Below are positions 44,436 through 54,749 of a stretch of 64,000 bases of DNA, in pieces. Under the pieces are notes generated by a model. It saw only the letters and a list, made by a program, of their open reading frames with translations. It was not told where the DNA came from and searched no databases. The DNA is from an uncultured Acidimicrobiales bacterium (lineage in GTDB: Bacteria > Actinomycetota > Acidimicrobiia > Acidimicrobiales > SZUA-35), in assembly GCA_937997485.1 (NCBI GenBank), contig CALKTH010000009.1, positions 187,538 through 251,537 on the forward strand, written 5' to 3'. How positions within the stretch are numbered: position 1 is the first letter of the stretch; each line of letters starts with the position of its first letter. The position numbers were made by a program, and so were the translations under genes.

Positions 44436-46007
44436 ATGCGCCTTGCCGTCCTCGCCTCGACCTCAGCCGCTGTTGCCGCCGCATCGTCCCGCAAAGCAAA
44501 GACGGCCGAGCTCAGTGCGGTCTTCGCCGCACTCGTCACCGAGGGTGCGACAGGTACCGAGATCGAGGCCGCCGTCGGCTTGTTGACGGGGGCGCCCAGG
44601 CAGGGACGGATCGGGATTGGTTGGGCGACCGTGGCCAAGCTCGAGATCGAGCCAGTGGACGTGCCGTCATTGGACGTGCTGGACATCGACCAACTGCTGG
44701 TGGACGTCGCACAGATACACGGGCCGGGATCGGCGCAGCTGCGGGCCGAACGGTTGCTCCGCACGCTCACCCGGGCGACGGCGACCGAGCTCAACTTCTG
44801 TCGGATGATCTTGGTCGGCGAACTTCGTCAGGGGGCGCTGGCCGGCGTCGTGAGTGACGCCATTGCGAAGACGGCAGGCGTTCCGCTGGCGTTGATGCGG
44901 CGAGCCACGATGCTGCAGGGAGACCTGGGCCAGGCCGCGGTGCTGGCGCTTCACGAGGGTGAAGTGGGTCTGCGCTCGGTGCAACTGGCCGTTGGTCGGG
45001 CGGTGGAGCCGATGCTGGCCAGTACGGCTGCGAGCCCGGCCGAGGCGTTGGAGGTCGTCGCCGAGGAGGTATCCGTCGAGTGGAAGCTGGACGGAGCGCG
45101 GATCCAAGTACACCGAGATGGCGACGAGGTACGGATCTTCACTCGAAACTTGAACGACATGACAGCCCGACTCGGTGGGGTGGTCGAGACGGTACGAACC
45201 TTCGAGTGCGAGTCCTGCGTGCTCGACGGTGAGGTGCTTGGCATGACAGCTGACGGCGATCCGGCTGCGTTCCAAGACACGATGAGCTCAATGGGTGCGG
45301 ATGGCGCAAGCGAGTCGGCCGTTGATGCGAGCGGACAGTATCTGCACCCTTCCTTCTTCGATCTCTTGTTCCTCGACGGCGAATCGCTGATCGATCGCCC
45401 CCTGCGAGAGCGACAGGACGCACTGCATCGAGTCGCCGCGAGGCACTTGATTCCCACGATTCAGACGCAGAGCGTGGAGGCGGCGGATGCCCACCTCGCC
45501 GCTGCCCTCGAAGCAGGCCACGAGGGCGTCATGATCAAGTCCCTCGACGGGGTGTACGAAGCGGGTCGAAGAGGCAAGAGCTGGCGCAAGGTGAAGCCTG
45601 TTCACACCCTCGACCTGGTCGTTCTCGCTGCCGAGTGGGGGCACGGACGGCGCCAGGGCTGGCTTTCCAACCTTCACTTGGGGGCACGACACCCCGAGAC
45701 CGGAGAGCTGATCATGGTCGGGAAGACATTCAAGGGGCTCACCGATGAGTTGCTGGCCTGGCAGACCGAGGCGTTTCTCGCCTCGGAGGTCAGACGGAGC
45801 AGCACGGGCCACACGGTCTACGTCGCACCTGTTCACGTGGTCGAGATCGGACTCGACGGGGCCCAGGGTTCGACTCGATACCCCGGCGGCGTGGCGCTCC
45901 GCTTCGCTCGGGTACGGGCCTACCGGCCAGACAAGAGCCCGGAAGAGGCGGACACACTCGATGCGGTGCGGGCTCTTCTCCCTCGGGCACGGCGACTCCC
46001 CGATTGA
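44436..46007 (+). CDS. ATP-dependent DNA ligase (LigB-type)
   Basis: VEWKLDGARIQVH (KxDG), VLDGE, EGVMIK, WRKVK, LRFARV; track ORF 43680 start is an upstream extension. Confidence 0.95.
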   Translation: MRLAVLASTSAAVAAASSRKAKTAELSAVFAALVTEGATGTEIEAAVGLLTGAPRQGRIGIGWATVAKLEIEPVDVPSLDVLDIDQLLVDVAQIHGPGSAQLRAERLLRTLTRATATELNFCRMILVGELRQGALAGVVSDAIAKTAGVPLALMRRATMLQGDLGQAAVLALHEGEVGLRSVQLAVGRAVEPMLASTAASPAEALEVVAEEVSVEWKLDGARIQVHRDGDEVRIFTRNLNDMTARLGGVVETVRTFECESCVLDGEVLGMTADGDPAAFQDTMSSMGADGASESAVDASGQYLHPSFFDLLFLDGESLIDRPLRERQDALHRVAARHLIPTIQTQSVEAADAHLAAALEAGHEGVMIKSLDGVYEAGRRGKSWRKVKPVHTLDLVVLAAEWGHGRRQGWLSNLHLGARHPETGELIMVGKTFKGLTDELLAWQTEAFLASEVRRSSTGHTVYVAPVHVVEIGLDGAQGSTRYPGGVALRFARVRAYRPDKSPEEADTLDAVRALLPRARRLPD

Positions 46008-46103
46008 AGAATCGTCAAAGAATCCGCGAAGGCGGGAACCTTTCGCCATGCTTGAGCGTCGATGAAGTTGTCGAAGCACGCTCGCATACAAGGGGAAGTC
46101 GCC

Positions 46104-47372
46104 ATGAGGCCCACGTCACTCGGTACGAATTCGCTCAGCACGAAGTTGGCTACCAGTGCGACCGCGCTCGCTCTGCTCTTCAGTGCCTGCAGCAGCGGGA
46201 GCGAAGAGAGCGGTGCCGACGATGAAGCCACGGCCGAGGCCGGCGCTGCGCAGAGCGAAGGCACCGAATCCGAAGGGTCGGCGGAGGAGCTGATCTTCGA
46301 GTCACCCATCGGTGAATTCCTCGGCGCGACCGAGGCGAACTTCAATTCTGAAGATCAGCAGGCACGATTCGCCGAGATGGAGCGAAAGGTTCAGGAAGAG
46401 ATCGCCGCGTGTATGCGAGCGGAGGGCTTCGAGTACACGCCGCTCGACCAGGGCCAGCAAGTCTTCTTCGAAGGAGACGAATCACCTGACGGTCTTGAGT
46501 GGGGCAGCGCCGACTGGACGGCGAAGTACGGCTACGGCGTGACGACGCAGCGCTACTCGCAGGCCCAGGTCGGTGATGAGCTGGTCGGGCACCAATGGGA
46601 CAACTTCGATGACGGGGCCGGCGACGATTTCACCGACCCGAATGCCGCGTATGTCGAGAGCCTGACCCCAAGCGAGCAAGAGGCGTACTACGGGGCCCTC
46701 TACGGCCAGGACACCTTCCTCGAGCCACCATGGTTCGAAGAGGGCCGCGAACCCACCCCCGAGGAGGAGCAGGCCTTCTTCGAAGAGCAGGAGGCGAACT
46801 ACGTTCCGTCCGGCTGTGAACCCGTGGCGTACGAGGAGATCTTCAACTCTGGCGACGGCTTCGGATTCGATGAGGAAGCGGCGCAACGCCTCGATGAGGA
46901 GTTCGGTGACGCCTTCGCTGAGATGGAAGAACGGATGATGAGCCACCCCGACGTCATGGCCTACGACGATGAGGTTCGCTCCTGCATCGAGGGTCAGGGC
47001 CTGGAGTACTTCAGTCAGGTCGACGGTGGAGGTCCATGGGAGTACTTCGAAGGGCTGCTGGAAGACGCAGGCCTTGGCTACGAATCGTTCGAGGATCCGC
47101 TCGAGGGTCTGGACTTCGAGAACATGACCGAGGAAGAGATCGACGAGGCGTACCGCACCGCGAGCGAGGCCCCGCTCCCCGATGATCAGCTCGCAGCGTT
47201 GGCGGAACTGCAGGAACTCGAGATCTCGACGGCACTTGCTGAGCGCGAGTGCGGCGGCGGCTGGGAGCAGCGGGAACGTGCGTTGCAGTCCGTCCGCATC
47301 GAGATGGAGCAGCAGTTCCTTGACGACAATGCAGACCGTCTGGCCGAGTTCGAAGGCGTCTTCGGCAGCTGA
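46104..47372 (+). CDS. Acidic secreted lipoprotein of unknown function
   Basis: Lipobox LLFSAC, very Glu/Asp-rich, four spaced Cys (ACMRAEG, SGCE, RSCIE, RECG); first gene of the exporter cluster. Confidence 0.75.
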   Translation: MRPTSLGTNSLSTKLATSATALALLFSACSSGSEESGADDEATAEAGAAQSEGTESEGSAEELIFESPIGEFLGATEANFNSEDQQARFAEMERKVQEEIAACMRAEGFEYTPLDQGQQVFFEGDESPDGLEWGSADWTAKYGYGVTTQRYSQAQVGDELVGHQWDNFDDGAGDDFTDPNAAYVESLTPSEQEAYYGALYGQDTFLEPPWFEEGREPTPEEEQAFFEEQEANYVPSGCEPVAYEEIFNSGDGFGFDEEAAQRLDEEFGDAFAEMEERMMSHPDVMAYDDEVRSCIEGQGLEYFSQVDGGGPWEYFEGLLEDAGLGYESFEDPLEGLDFENMTEEEIDEAYRTASEAPLPDDQLAALAELQELEISTALAERECGGGWEQRERALQSVRIEMEQQFLDDNADRLAEFEGVFGS

Positions 47373-47416
47373 CCTCGGTTTCTCCGAAGGTTCAAGGGTT
47401 CGAAGGGGAGAGCATT

Positions 47417-49192
47417 GTGAACAGACGGACGATCCTGGCGCTGGTTGCTGCCGTTGCCGTTGGATCAGCAGGGGTGGGCTGGTTCGCCGGTCAACAGATC
47501 AAGTCACCAGCTGATGTGGCGGCGGAAGCCGAGCCGCCGCCGGCATCGCTGATCACGGTTCCGGTCGAAGAGCGTGAGCTGAGCACGAACGTGATCATTC
47601 GGGGCCAAGTCGAGTTCGACGACGTCGCCGAGATTCCGGTGAACCCGTCGGCAGAGGGCTCCACGATCATCACGTCGATGACCAAGGTGGCCGGTGACGA
47701 CTTGGCCGAGGGCGACGTCGCCGTCGAAGTTGCCGGACGCCCCCTGTTCGTGCTGGAGGGTGAGCTGCCGATCTTCCGACCTCTTGCGCCCGGAGTGGAG
47801 GGACCCGACGTTCGCCAACTGGAGACCGCCCTGTCTCGCTTGGGCTTCGATCCCGGTCCGATCGATGAGACCTACGACAACGAGACCGAGGCTGCGGTCT
47901 CGGAGATGTACCGGGCTGCGGGATACAGCCCGAACGAGGCGACGTCAGCGGAGTTGGAACAGCTGCAGAGCGCTCGGGATCGGGTGCGCAGTGCGCAACA
48001 GAACCTGCAGTCAGCGCGTGAAGGGCTCGGAGGACAGAGCGTCTCGGAGTCCACCCGGTTGCAGCTCGACCAGAGCGTGCGGGAGGCAGAGAACTTCCTC
48101 GCCGACGCCAAGGCGGAGCGCGACGCCGTGTTGGCCGAGGTCGGCGTCAGGCAAGAGCAGGCGTGGGCGGCGACGGAAGTGGCGGCAACGGCACTGTCCA
48201 CGGCCGAGAGTCGGCTCGCTGAGGCCAACGCTGGGACGCACCCCGACACTGGGGAGCCCCCCACACCTGAGGAGCTCGACGTCTTGATCGACGCAGTCGA
48301 GACCGCTCAGGCGGAGGTCGCGGCGGCGACAGCGGAGGAAGGTGCCATCAAGGCCGAGATGGAGCGACTGCAGGTGGAGCAGGATCGCATCGTGGAGGCC
48401 GCCGATGTGGGCTTGCGGATTCAGATCGCCAGCCGGGCTGAGACACTGGCGCCGCCCGACAACAGCGGTGTCCAGGAGTCGATCGCCGCCGCCCAGCGGG
48501 AAGTGGCTGATGCCAACGAAGCGCTGGCCACGCTTGACGCCTCGATCGGCACGTCCATTCCGGCCAATGAGATTCTGTTCCTGCCCGAGCTTCCCCGGCA
48601 GATCCAGCGGGTGAACGTGAAGACGGGCGATGTTCCGCAGGGCTCGGCAATGTCGGTCACCGGATCTGGTGTGGCCATCCGTTCCTCGGTGTCGGCTGCT
48701 GATCGGCCGTTGCTGACCGAAGGCGTCGAAGCCTTGATGGAAGACGCCGGGTTGGGAGTCTCGCTACCGGTGACAGTGGCGTTCGTGGCCGACTCGCCGG
48801 GTGGCCCAAATGCGGGCGATGGTCGGTACGCGGTGCGTTTGGAGCCCGTCGGCGACGTTCCTGAAGATGCCATCAACCAGAACCTGCGGGTCACCGTTCC
48901 CTTCCAGTCGACGAACGGAGCAGTGCTCGCCGTGCCGATTGCAGCGCTCTCGGCCGGGGCCGATGGCAACAGCCGGGTGCAGGTGGAACGTTCCGAAGGT
49001 GTGGTCGAGACCGTTTCGGTGAAGACCGGCCTGCTGGCCCGCTCGGTTGGGCTGGTCGAAATCTCTCCGATCGACGGCGATCTGGCTGCCGGCGATCGTG
49101 TGGTGGTTGGCCGTGACACCTCATCCGGCCCGGACGAGGCAAACGAGGGCGACGACGAGACCGATGATGAGAGCAACGAGTCGGACGAGTGA
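47417..49192 (+). CDS. Efflux adaptor (membrane-fusion protein) with peptidoglycan-binding domain
   Basis: N-terminal TM, GPDVRQLETALSRLGFDPG..TEAAV PG-binding motif, long coiled coil, AVPIAAL and VKTGL MFP tail. Confidence 0.85.
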   Translation: MNRRTILALVAAVAVGSAGVGWFAGQQIKSPADVAAEAEPPPASLITVPVEERELSTNVIIRGQVEFDDVAEIPVNPSAEGSTIITSMTKVAGDDLAEGDVAVEVAGRPLFVLEGELPIFRPLAPGVEGPDVRQLETALSRLGFDPGPIDETYDNETEAAVSEMYRAAGYSPNEATSAELEQLQSARDRVRSAQQNLQSAREGLGGQSVSESTRLQLDQSVREAENFLADAKAERDAVLAEVGVRQEQAWAATEVAATALSTAESRLAEANAGTHPDTGEPPTPEELDVLIDAVETAQAEVAAATAEEGAIKAEMERLQVEQDRIVEAADVGLRIQIASRAETLAPPDNSGVQESIAAAQREVADANEALATLDASIGTSIPANEILFLPELPRQIQRVNVKTGDVPQGSAMSVTGSGVAIRSSVSAADRPLLTEGVEALMEDAGLGVSLPVTVAFVADSPGGPNAGDGRYAVRLEPVGDVPEDAINQNLRVTVPFQSTNGAVLAVPIAALSAGADGNSRVQVERSEGVVETVSVKTGLLARSVGLVEISPIDGDLAAGDRVVVGRDTSSGPDEANEGDDETDDESNESDE

Positions 49193-49887
49193 TGACGGGC
49201 TCGGTTCCCGTTGTTGATCTTGAGGGCGTGACTCGAGTCTTCGAGGGCACGCCGCCCGTGGAAGCACTGAAAGCCACGGACCTCGTGATCAACCGGGGTG
49301 ACTATCTCGCCATCGTCGGGCCCTCGGGTTCGGGCAAGTCCACGATGCTGCATTTGCTTGGCTTGCTGGACTCGCCAACGGCGGGCACCTACAGGCTTGA
49401 CGGCATCGACACGAGCGACCTGAGCGAGAAGGAACGGGCTGGCGTGCGCTCGGCCCGAATCGGGTTCGTCTTCCAGTCGTTCCATCTGCTGGGTCATCGT
49501 TCGAACGTGGAGAACGTGATGCTGGCCGAAATCTACCGACCGGGCTCTCGCCAGGGTCGGCGGGAGCGAGCGATCGCGGCGCTGGAGCAGGTGGGTTTGG
49601 GTCATCGTCTCGATGCGTTTCCCACCACCTTGTCTGGAGGTGAGCGACAGCGCGTGGCCGTGGCTCGAGCACTCGTCGGTGAGCCCAGCCTGTTGCTCGC
49701 TGATGAGCCCACCGGCAACCTCGATTCGCATACCAGCGCCCAAATTCTGGATCTCTTTGACCATCTCCACGCAGCGGGACTCACACTGGCCGTGATCACC
49801 CACGATGATGATGTGTCGGAACGGGCGGCGCGCCGGGTCCGGATTCGTGATGGCGTGGTCACGGCGGAGGCAGTCAGCGATGCCTGA
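49189..49887 (+). CDS. ABC ATP-binding protein (MacB/LolD type)
   Basis: GPSGSGKST, LSGGERQRV, LADEPTGNLD. Confidence 0.95.
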   Translation: MMTGSVPVVDLEGVTRVFEGTPPVEALKATDLVINRGDYLAIVGPSGSGKSTMLHLLGLLDSPTAGTYRLDGIDTSDLSEKERAGVRSARIGFVFQSFHLLGHRSNVENVMLAEIYRPGSRQGRRERAIAALEQVGLGHRLDAFPTTLSGGERQRVAVARALVGEPSLLLADEPTGNLDSHTSAQILDLFDHLHAAGLTLAVITHDDDVSERAARRVRIRDGVVTAEAVSDA

Positions 49888-51172
49888 GCCTGTGGTGCCC
49901 GGCGAAACGGACCTGAGCTTTCTCGACGAGCGGGACTCGATCCCGCGCTCACACCTCTCGGCGTTCGACATGCTGAGTGAGGCGACCACCGCATTGACGG
50001 CGCGACCGGCCCGCACCCTGCTCACCGCGTTGGGAACGATTCTCGGCGTGGCGGCACTCGTGGCCACGTTGGGTCTGGCCAAGACGGCGGGAAACCAGAT
50101 TGTGTCTCGCTTCGATGAATTGGAGGCCACATCGGTCGTCGTCCGTCCGCCCCGCAATCAGCCCGGCAGCAATCCCAACAGCGAGCAGCAGCAGGTCTCG
50201 GCCATTCCGTGGGATGCAGGCGACCGGCTCCAACGGTTGAACGGGGTCGTTGCGGCTGGCACCAAATCGGATGTGGCGGTGGGCGAAGCGCTGGCTCGCT
50301 CGATCCCCATCATCGACCCACTCGGTCAAAGCGAGTTCCAGATTCCCGTGATCGCTGTGTCCCCCGGCTTGTTTGACGCTGTTCGTACCCAACTGCAGAC
50401 GGGTCGTGTCTTCGACGACGGGCACAACGCGAGGGGAGACAACGTGGCCGTGCTCGGACCGGGGGCAGCCCGGCGACTCAATGTGAATCAAGTCGATACC
50501 TCCCCGGCGATCTTTCTCGGAGAGAACACGCTGGCGGTGATCGGCATCATCGCCGATGTGTCTCGAGAGCCTGAACTGCTGAATGCGATCATCGTGCCCG
50601 ACGGCTATGCGCGCGAACGATTCGCTCTCGAGCGGCCGGCCGAAGTGCAGGTCGAGGTGGCGATTGGGGCGGCCGAGCTCATCGGATCCCAGGCATCGAT
50701 TGCCCTCTCCCCCAACGATCCGAGTCTGGTGCGAGTCAGCCTGCCGCCGTCTCCTCGACGAGTCCGGTCGTCCGTGCAATCTGATGTCAATGCACTGTTT
50801 CTCGTGCTGGGTGGTGTCTCCCTTCTCGTCGGTGCCATCGGCATTGCGAACGTGACGCTGGTGTCGGTGCTCGAACGGACGGGCGAGATCGGATTGAGAC
50901 GGGCGCTTGGAGCCACGCGCATGCATGTGGCTCGGCAGTTCCTGTTCGAATCCGCCGCGCTCGGGGCGCTGGCGGGACTGCTGGGCACCAGCCTCGGAAT
51001 CCTCACGGTGGTTGCCGTCAGCGCGAATCGCTCGTGGACACCCATCCTTGACGCCTGGCTGCCGTTCGCCGCGCCCGTGCTTGGAGCCGCCATCGGCTTG
51101 TTGGCCGGGACGTACCCGGCGTGGAAAGCATCGGCGACCGAGCCCATCGCCGCCCTTCGCTCCGGCGCCTGA
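49880..51172 (+). CDS. MacB-like ABC permease
   Basis: RTLLTALGTILGVAAL, MacB periplasmic domain, SVLERTGEIGLRRALGA. Confidence 0.92.
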   Translation: MPEPVVPGETDLSFLDERDSIPRSHLSAFDMLSEATTALTARPARTLLTALGTILGVAALVATLGLAKTAGNQIVSRFDELEATSVVVRPPRNQPGSNPNSEQQQVSAIPWDAGDRLQRLNGVVAAGTKSDVAVGEALARSIPIIDPLGQSEFQIPVIAVSPGLFDAVRTQLQTGRVFDDGHNARGDNVAVLGPGAARRLNVNQVDTSPAIFLGENTLAVIGIIADVSREPELLNAIIVPDGYARERFALERPAEVQVEVAIGAAELIGSQASIALSPNDPSLVRVSLPPSPRRVRSSVQSDVNALFLVLGGVSLLVGAIGIANVTLVSVLERTGEIGLRRALGATRMHVARQFLFESAALGALAGLLGTSLGILTVVAVSANRSWTPILDAWLPFAAPVLGAAIGLLAGTYPAWKASATEPIAALRSGA

Positions 51173-51976
51173 TCAGTCGGGCTGACAGGACGGACACCAC
51201 CAGGCATTCCGGCCGTCGCAATCGGCGGCCAGGATCTCCGTCTCACAACGCCGGCACGGGCGGCCGTGGCGCTTGTAAACGTAGAGGCGGTCCCATCGGC
51301 CGAGGTCCTTGCGCTTTTCGACACCGAATTCGGAAGGGTTGGTCGTGATGATCTTGCCGATCTTCTCCCCCGCCTTGAGTTCGAGAACGGATTGTTCCCA
51401 GAGCTGCTTGACCGTTTCGGGATGTACGTCCTTCGCTCGTGTCCACGGGCTCAGGCCGATCTGGAAGAGGAGCTCGGATCGATAGATGTTGCCGATCCCG
51501 CTGATGACGTCTTGCACCATGATCGCCTTGCCGATCGTGATGGAACGACGACTCAAGCGCTCGAGAAAGTCCTCGTACCCGTCGGGCCGGTTCTGGATTG
51601 GATCGGGTCCCAAACGGTTCCGCACGGCCTCGGCTTCCCACGGCTCGAGAACTTCGCACTGGTTCGGGCCAGCCAGGTGCAGACGATCGGTCTCGGTATC
51701 CATGAGCACGCGGCAGTTGGGAGACGGTTCGGGGAACGGCAGTTTCTGAACGCGGAACTTGCCGAACAGGCCGAGGTGGATGTGCAGCTCATCGCCGGAG
51801 TCGAATCGGTAGAAGAGGTGCTTGCCTTTGGCCTCGATGTCGTCGAGCTGTTGGCCGTTCAGTCGTTCGGCACCCCCTCGAAAGCGGCCTTGCGGTGAGG
51901 CGACGTTGACGACGTGGCCGGTGAAACGCTTTCCCTGAAGACGGGCGGCGCGATGGAGAACATGACCTTCTGGCAC
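51173..51976 (-). CDS. nei: Fpg/Nei-family DNA glycosylase (endonuclease VIII-like)
   Basis: MPEGH N-terminus, GKHL, HLGLFG, SGIGNIY, Zn finger CRRC..WCPSCQ. Confidence 0.92.
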   Translation of the reverse strand: MPEGHVLHRAARLQGKRFTGHVVNVASPQGRFRGGAERLNGQQLDDIEAKGKHLFYRFDSGDELHIHLGLFGKFRVQKLPFPEPSPNCRVLMDTETDRLHLAGPNQCEVLEPWEAEAVRNRLGPDPIQNRPDGYEDFLERLSRRSITIGKAIMVQDVISGIGNIYRSELLFQIGLSPWTRAKDVHPETVKQLWEQSVLELKAGEKIGKIITTNPSEFGVEKRKDLGRWDRLYVYKRHGRPCRRCETEILAADCDGRNAWWCPSCQPD

Positions 51977-52021
51977 CGGGAGATGGTGGACCTTGGAGCC
52001 GACAAATGCGAGATCAGGTCG

Positions 52022-53260
52022 TCAGACTGCGGCGTTCCAATGGGTCGCCCAGTGGGCGGCACCAACCATCGTGGTCAGCATGGGGTTGGTGTGAGGCAAT
52101 TCGGGAAAGGCGCTGGCGTCGATGACCGAGAGCGACGGGTGACCAGCCAGGCCGTGAGAGGCACTCTCCACCACGTCGCGAAGCGTGCTGCACTGGTGCT
52201 GCACTGGGGTGCGGTCCTTCGAGATGGAGACGCTGCGCACGCCATCGAGTTCTCGCAGCCAGTAGAGCGCTTGTCGGATCCCGGCTTCCAGCACGAGGAG
52301 ACGCTCCTTTTCCAGTGCGGTGACGAGGATGACGCCATGCCGTCGGCCCTCCTTGGAGCCACCGGTGTGATCGAGCACGAGCATTTGCAGGTCGACCCGA
52401 TAGTTCTCGGTCAGCGCGGTTTGGCAGCGGAGTAGGCGGGAGCTGGGAATGCCGGCTTCGCCGGGGGCGACCTGCAGTGGTTCATCGAGCTCGGCGATGA
52501 CGGCGGTGGACCAGTGGTTGAGCGCGTCGCTGATATTCGTGTCGGAGACGAGACCGGACCGGAGAAGCAGCGATGGGGAGTTGGTGGCCCCGCAAGCAAC
52601 CGCGACGTGGCGTGCCTCGATCACTTCGCCCGACTCGAGATGTACCTCAATGCTGTTGTCTGATCGTTCGACGAGTCGTTCAACGGCGCTGTCGGTGCGG
52701 ATGGTGAGGAACGCTGCGTTCGGGTCGGCGACGTCGGGAAGCAGCGCATCGGCCGCGGTCAGGCGTTGCCCGTTCGCATCGAGGGCCAGGGCAAGTGGCA
52801 ACCAGCCCAGTCCGCCCGACGCCGAGGTTGCCGGGCCGCCAGGGAAGCCTCGCTCCACCAGGGCGCTCATGGCAGTGGTGAAAGGACCTGGCGGATTTGC
52901 CGGCGCCTCCTCGATCGTGGGGTACGCATCGCGCAGATCGGATTGGAGATCTGCCGCGTCGTCCCATCCCCAGCGACGAGCATCGCGAGGATCGATCCCT
53001 TGCAGCACCATGCCGTTGACGGCGGTCGAACCACCGAGTCCCCGGCCGCGGGGCGGCCCGCCCTCCCACCACCAGTCGTCGACCTCAACAGACGACAAGT
53101 GGTTGCCCACACGAAGCGCCGCGGGCAGCTCAGCTGGTCCCGCCTCGAGAAGGAGTGTGGGAATCTGGCGCCGGGCGAGAATCCGCGCCGCAGCACAGCC
53201 GGCGGCACCCGCTCCAATGATGACGACCGGGGCGGCGGGGGTCGTCGAGTTCGAAGGCAC
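52022..53260 (-). CDS. Short GMC-family oxidoreductase
   Basis: IIGAGAAG, RGRGLGGSTAVNGM, C-terminal H..ST and DAS.FP..NP; 412 aa, shorter than typical GMC enzymes. Confidence 0.8.
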   Translation of the reverse strand: MPSNSTTPAAPVVIIGAGAAGCAAARILARRQIPTLLLEAGPAELPAALRVGNHLSSVEVDDWWWEGGPPRGRGLGGSTAVNGMVLQGIDPRDARRWGWDDAADLQSDLRDAYPTIEEAPANPPGPFTTAMSALVERGFPGGPATSASGGLGWLPLALALDANGQRLTAADALLPDVADPNAAFLTIRTDSAVERLVERSDNSIEVHLESGEVIEARHVAVACGATNSPSLLLRSGLVSDTNISDALNHWSTAVIAELDEPLQVAPGEAGIPSSRLLRCQTALTENYRVDLQMLVLDHTGGSKEGRRHGVILVTALEKERLLVLEAGIRQALYWLRELDGVRSVSISKDRTPVQHQCSTLRDVVESASHGLAGHPSLSVIDASAFPELPHTNPMLTTMVGAAHWATHWNAAV

Positions 53261-53265
53261 GCCGA

Positions 53266-54744
53266 TCAGCCGGTCACCAGCGTGGGCGGCACGAACCGCA
53301 GGTCCAGTGCCTCACACATTGCGTCTGCGGTGGCCAGCAGCTGACGGTCAGACCAGCGGGGTCCCACGATTTGGATGCCGAGCGGAAGCCCGTCGACTGT
53401 TCCCGTGGGGATCACGACAGACGGCAGCTGCGGCATGGTGGCCAGGCCAGCCCAGAACAGGAGCTCGTGGTAGTTGCGCTCGACGCCATCGACGTCGACC
53501 GTGCGATCAACGTAGGGACGCTCTGTGTCGTGAGCGAATGCTGGCGTCTGGCACACCGGCATGATCATGACGTCGACGCTGTCGAAGAGTGTGGCCCACT
53601 CCAGTTCGACCTTGCACCGACGCTCGTGGGCGATCAACCAGTCTCGATGATCGGCGACGTTGTCTCGCATCATTCGATCGTTGAAGGTGGCGGAGTCGCC
53701 AGCATCCAGTGCGGTGGTCAGCGTGCTCCGATGCTCCACCATGCTGGCCCGGACGCGCTCCGGCAGATCGGCGCCCATCACCGCGAAGAGCAGGCGGGAG
53801 TAGATGTCGTGCAGATCCCCCGAGGAGGTAGCGGGTCTGATCCCGGGATCGATCGTCGCTCCCACGCCGTCGAGTCGCTCGGCGACACCCGTGACGGCAT
53901 TGCGCGTGGCCGCCGAGACGGGAGACACCGGATCGTCAGCCCACACCCCGACTCGGAGGGAGGCGACGTCGACCGGGGAAGCTTCGGGCAACGCCGCACC
54001 CGGCGCTCCGCCCAGCGGATTGATACGAAGGCATGCGTCGAGCATTAACTCGAGATCGGCGATGCTGCGACCCAGTGGTCCGGAAACGGAGAGGTCCGTC
54101 GTGGCCTGATCGCCCGGAGCCGGCGGCATGTGACCTCGGTACGAGATCGCTCCCCAGCTCGGTTTCAAGCCGAAGACGCCGTTGAAATGGGCTGGCACGC
54201 GGATGGAGCCCCCGATATCGGAGCCGACCTCGCCGAGCGAGAATCCGCACGACACGGCGACGGCGGCACCGCCGGATGATCCTCCAGCCGTTCGGTCCGG
54301 GTCCCACGCGTTGCGGGTGAGGCCGTAGACGTCGTTGTACGACTGATGATCACCGGCGAACAGCGGAACGTTCGTCTTGCCGTAGAGGATCCCATCGGAC
54401 TCCCGAAGGCCCCGGACAACGTCAGCGTCGTTGGTCGGGACGTGGTCGGCCCACACCGGAGCACCGGCCGTGGTGACCAGCCCCTCGGTTTCGTACGTGT
54501 CCTTGATTGTCAGCGGAATCCCGCCCAGCGGACCAAGCTCCTCCCCGGACGCCCGCGCCGCGTCTGCCGCTCTGGCGGCAGCTCTCGCCCCGTCGACATC
54601 AAAGGCAACGACGGCATTGACCGACGGATTGAAGATGTCGATCCGGTCCAGTTGCGCATCGAGCAACTCCTCGGAGCCAACCTCGCCGCGCCGCAACGCA
54701 GCGACGGCATCGGTGAGGGTGGCCCGGTCCAGATCAAGCGTCAC
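53266..54744 (-). CDS. Amidase signature family enzyme
   Basis: LTIKD, GGSSGG, GSDIGGSIR, GLPLGIQIVG; one TTA codon (54048..54046). Confidence 0.95.
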   Translation of the reverse strand: MTLDLDRATLTDAVAALRRGEVGSEELLDAQLDRIDIFNPSVNAVVAFDVDGARAAARAADAARASGEELGPLGGIPLTIKDTYETEGLVTTAGAPVWADHVPTNDADVVRGLRESDGILYGKTNVPLFAGDHQSYNDVYGLTRNAWDPDRTAGGSSGGAAVAVSCGFSLGEVGSDIGGSIRVPAHFNGVFGLKPSWGAISYRGHMPPAPGDQATTDLSVSGPLGRSIADLELMLDACLRINPLGGAPGAALPEASPVDVASLRVGVWADDPVSPVSAATRNAVTGVAERLDGVGATIDPGIRPATSSGDLHDIYSRLLFAVMGADLPERVRASMVEHRSTLTTALDAGDSATFNDRMMRDNVADHRDWLIAHERRCKVELEWATLFDSVDVMIMPVCQTPAFAHDTERPYVDRTVDVDGVERNYHELLFWAGLATMPQLPSVVIPTGTVDGLPLGIQIVGPRWSDRQLLATADAMCEALDLRFVPPTLVTG

Positions 54745-54749
54745 CTGAG

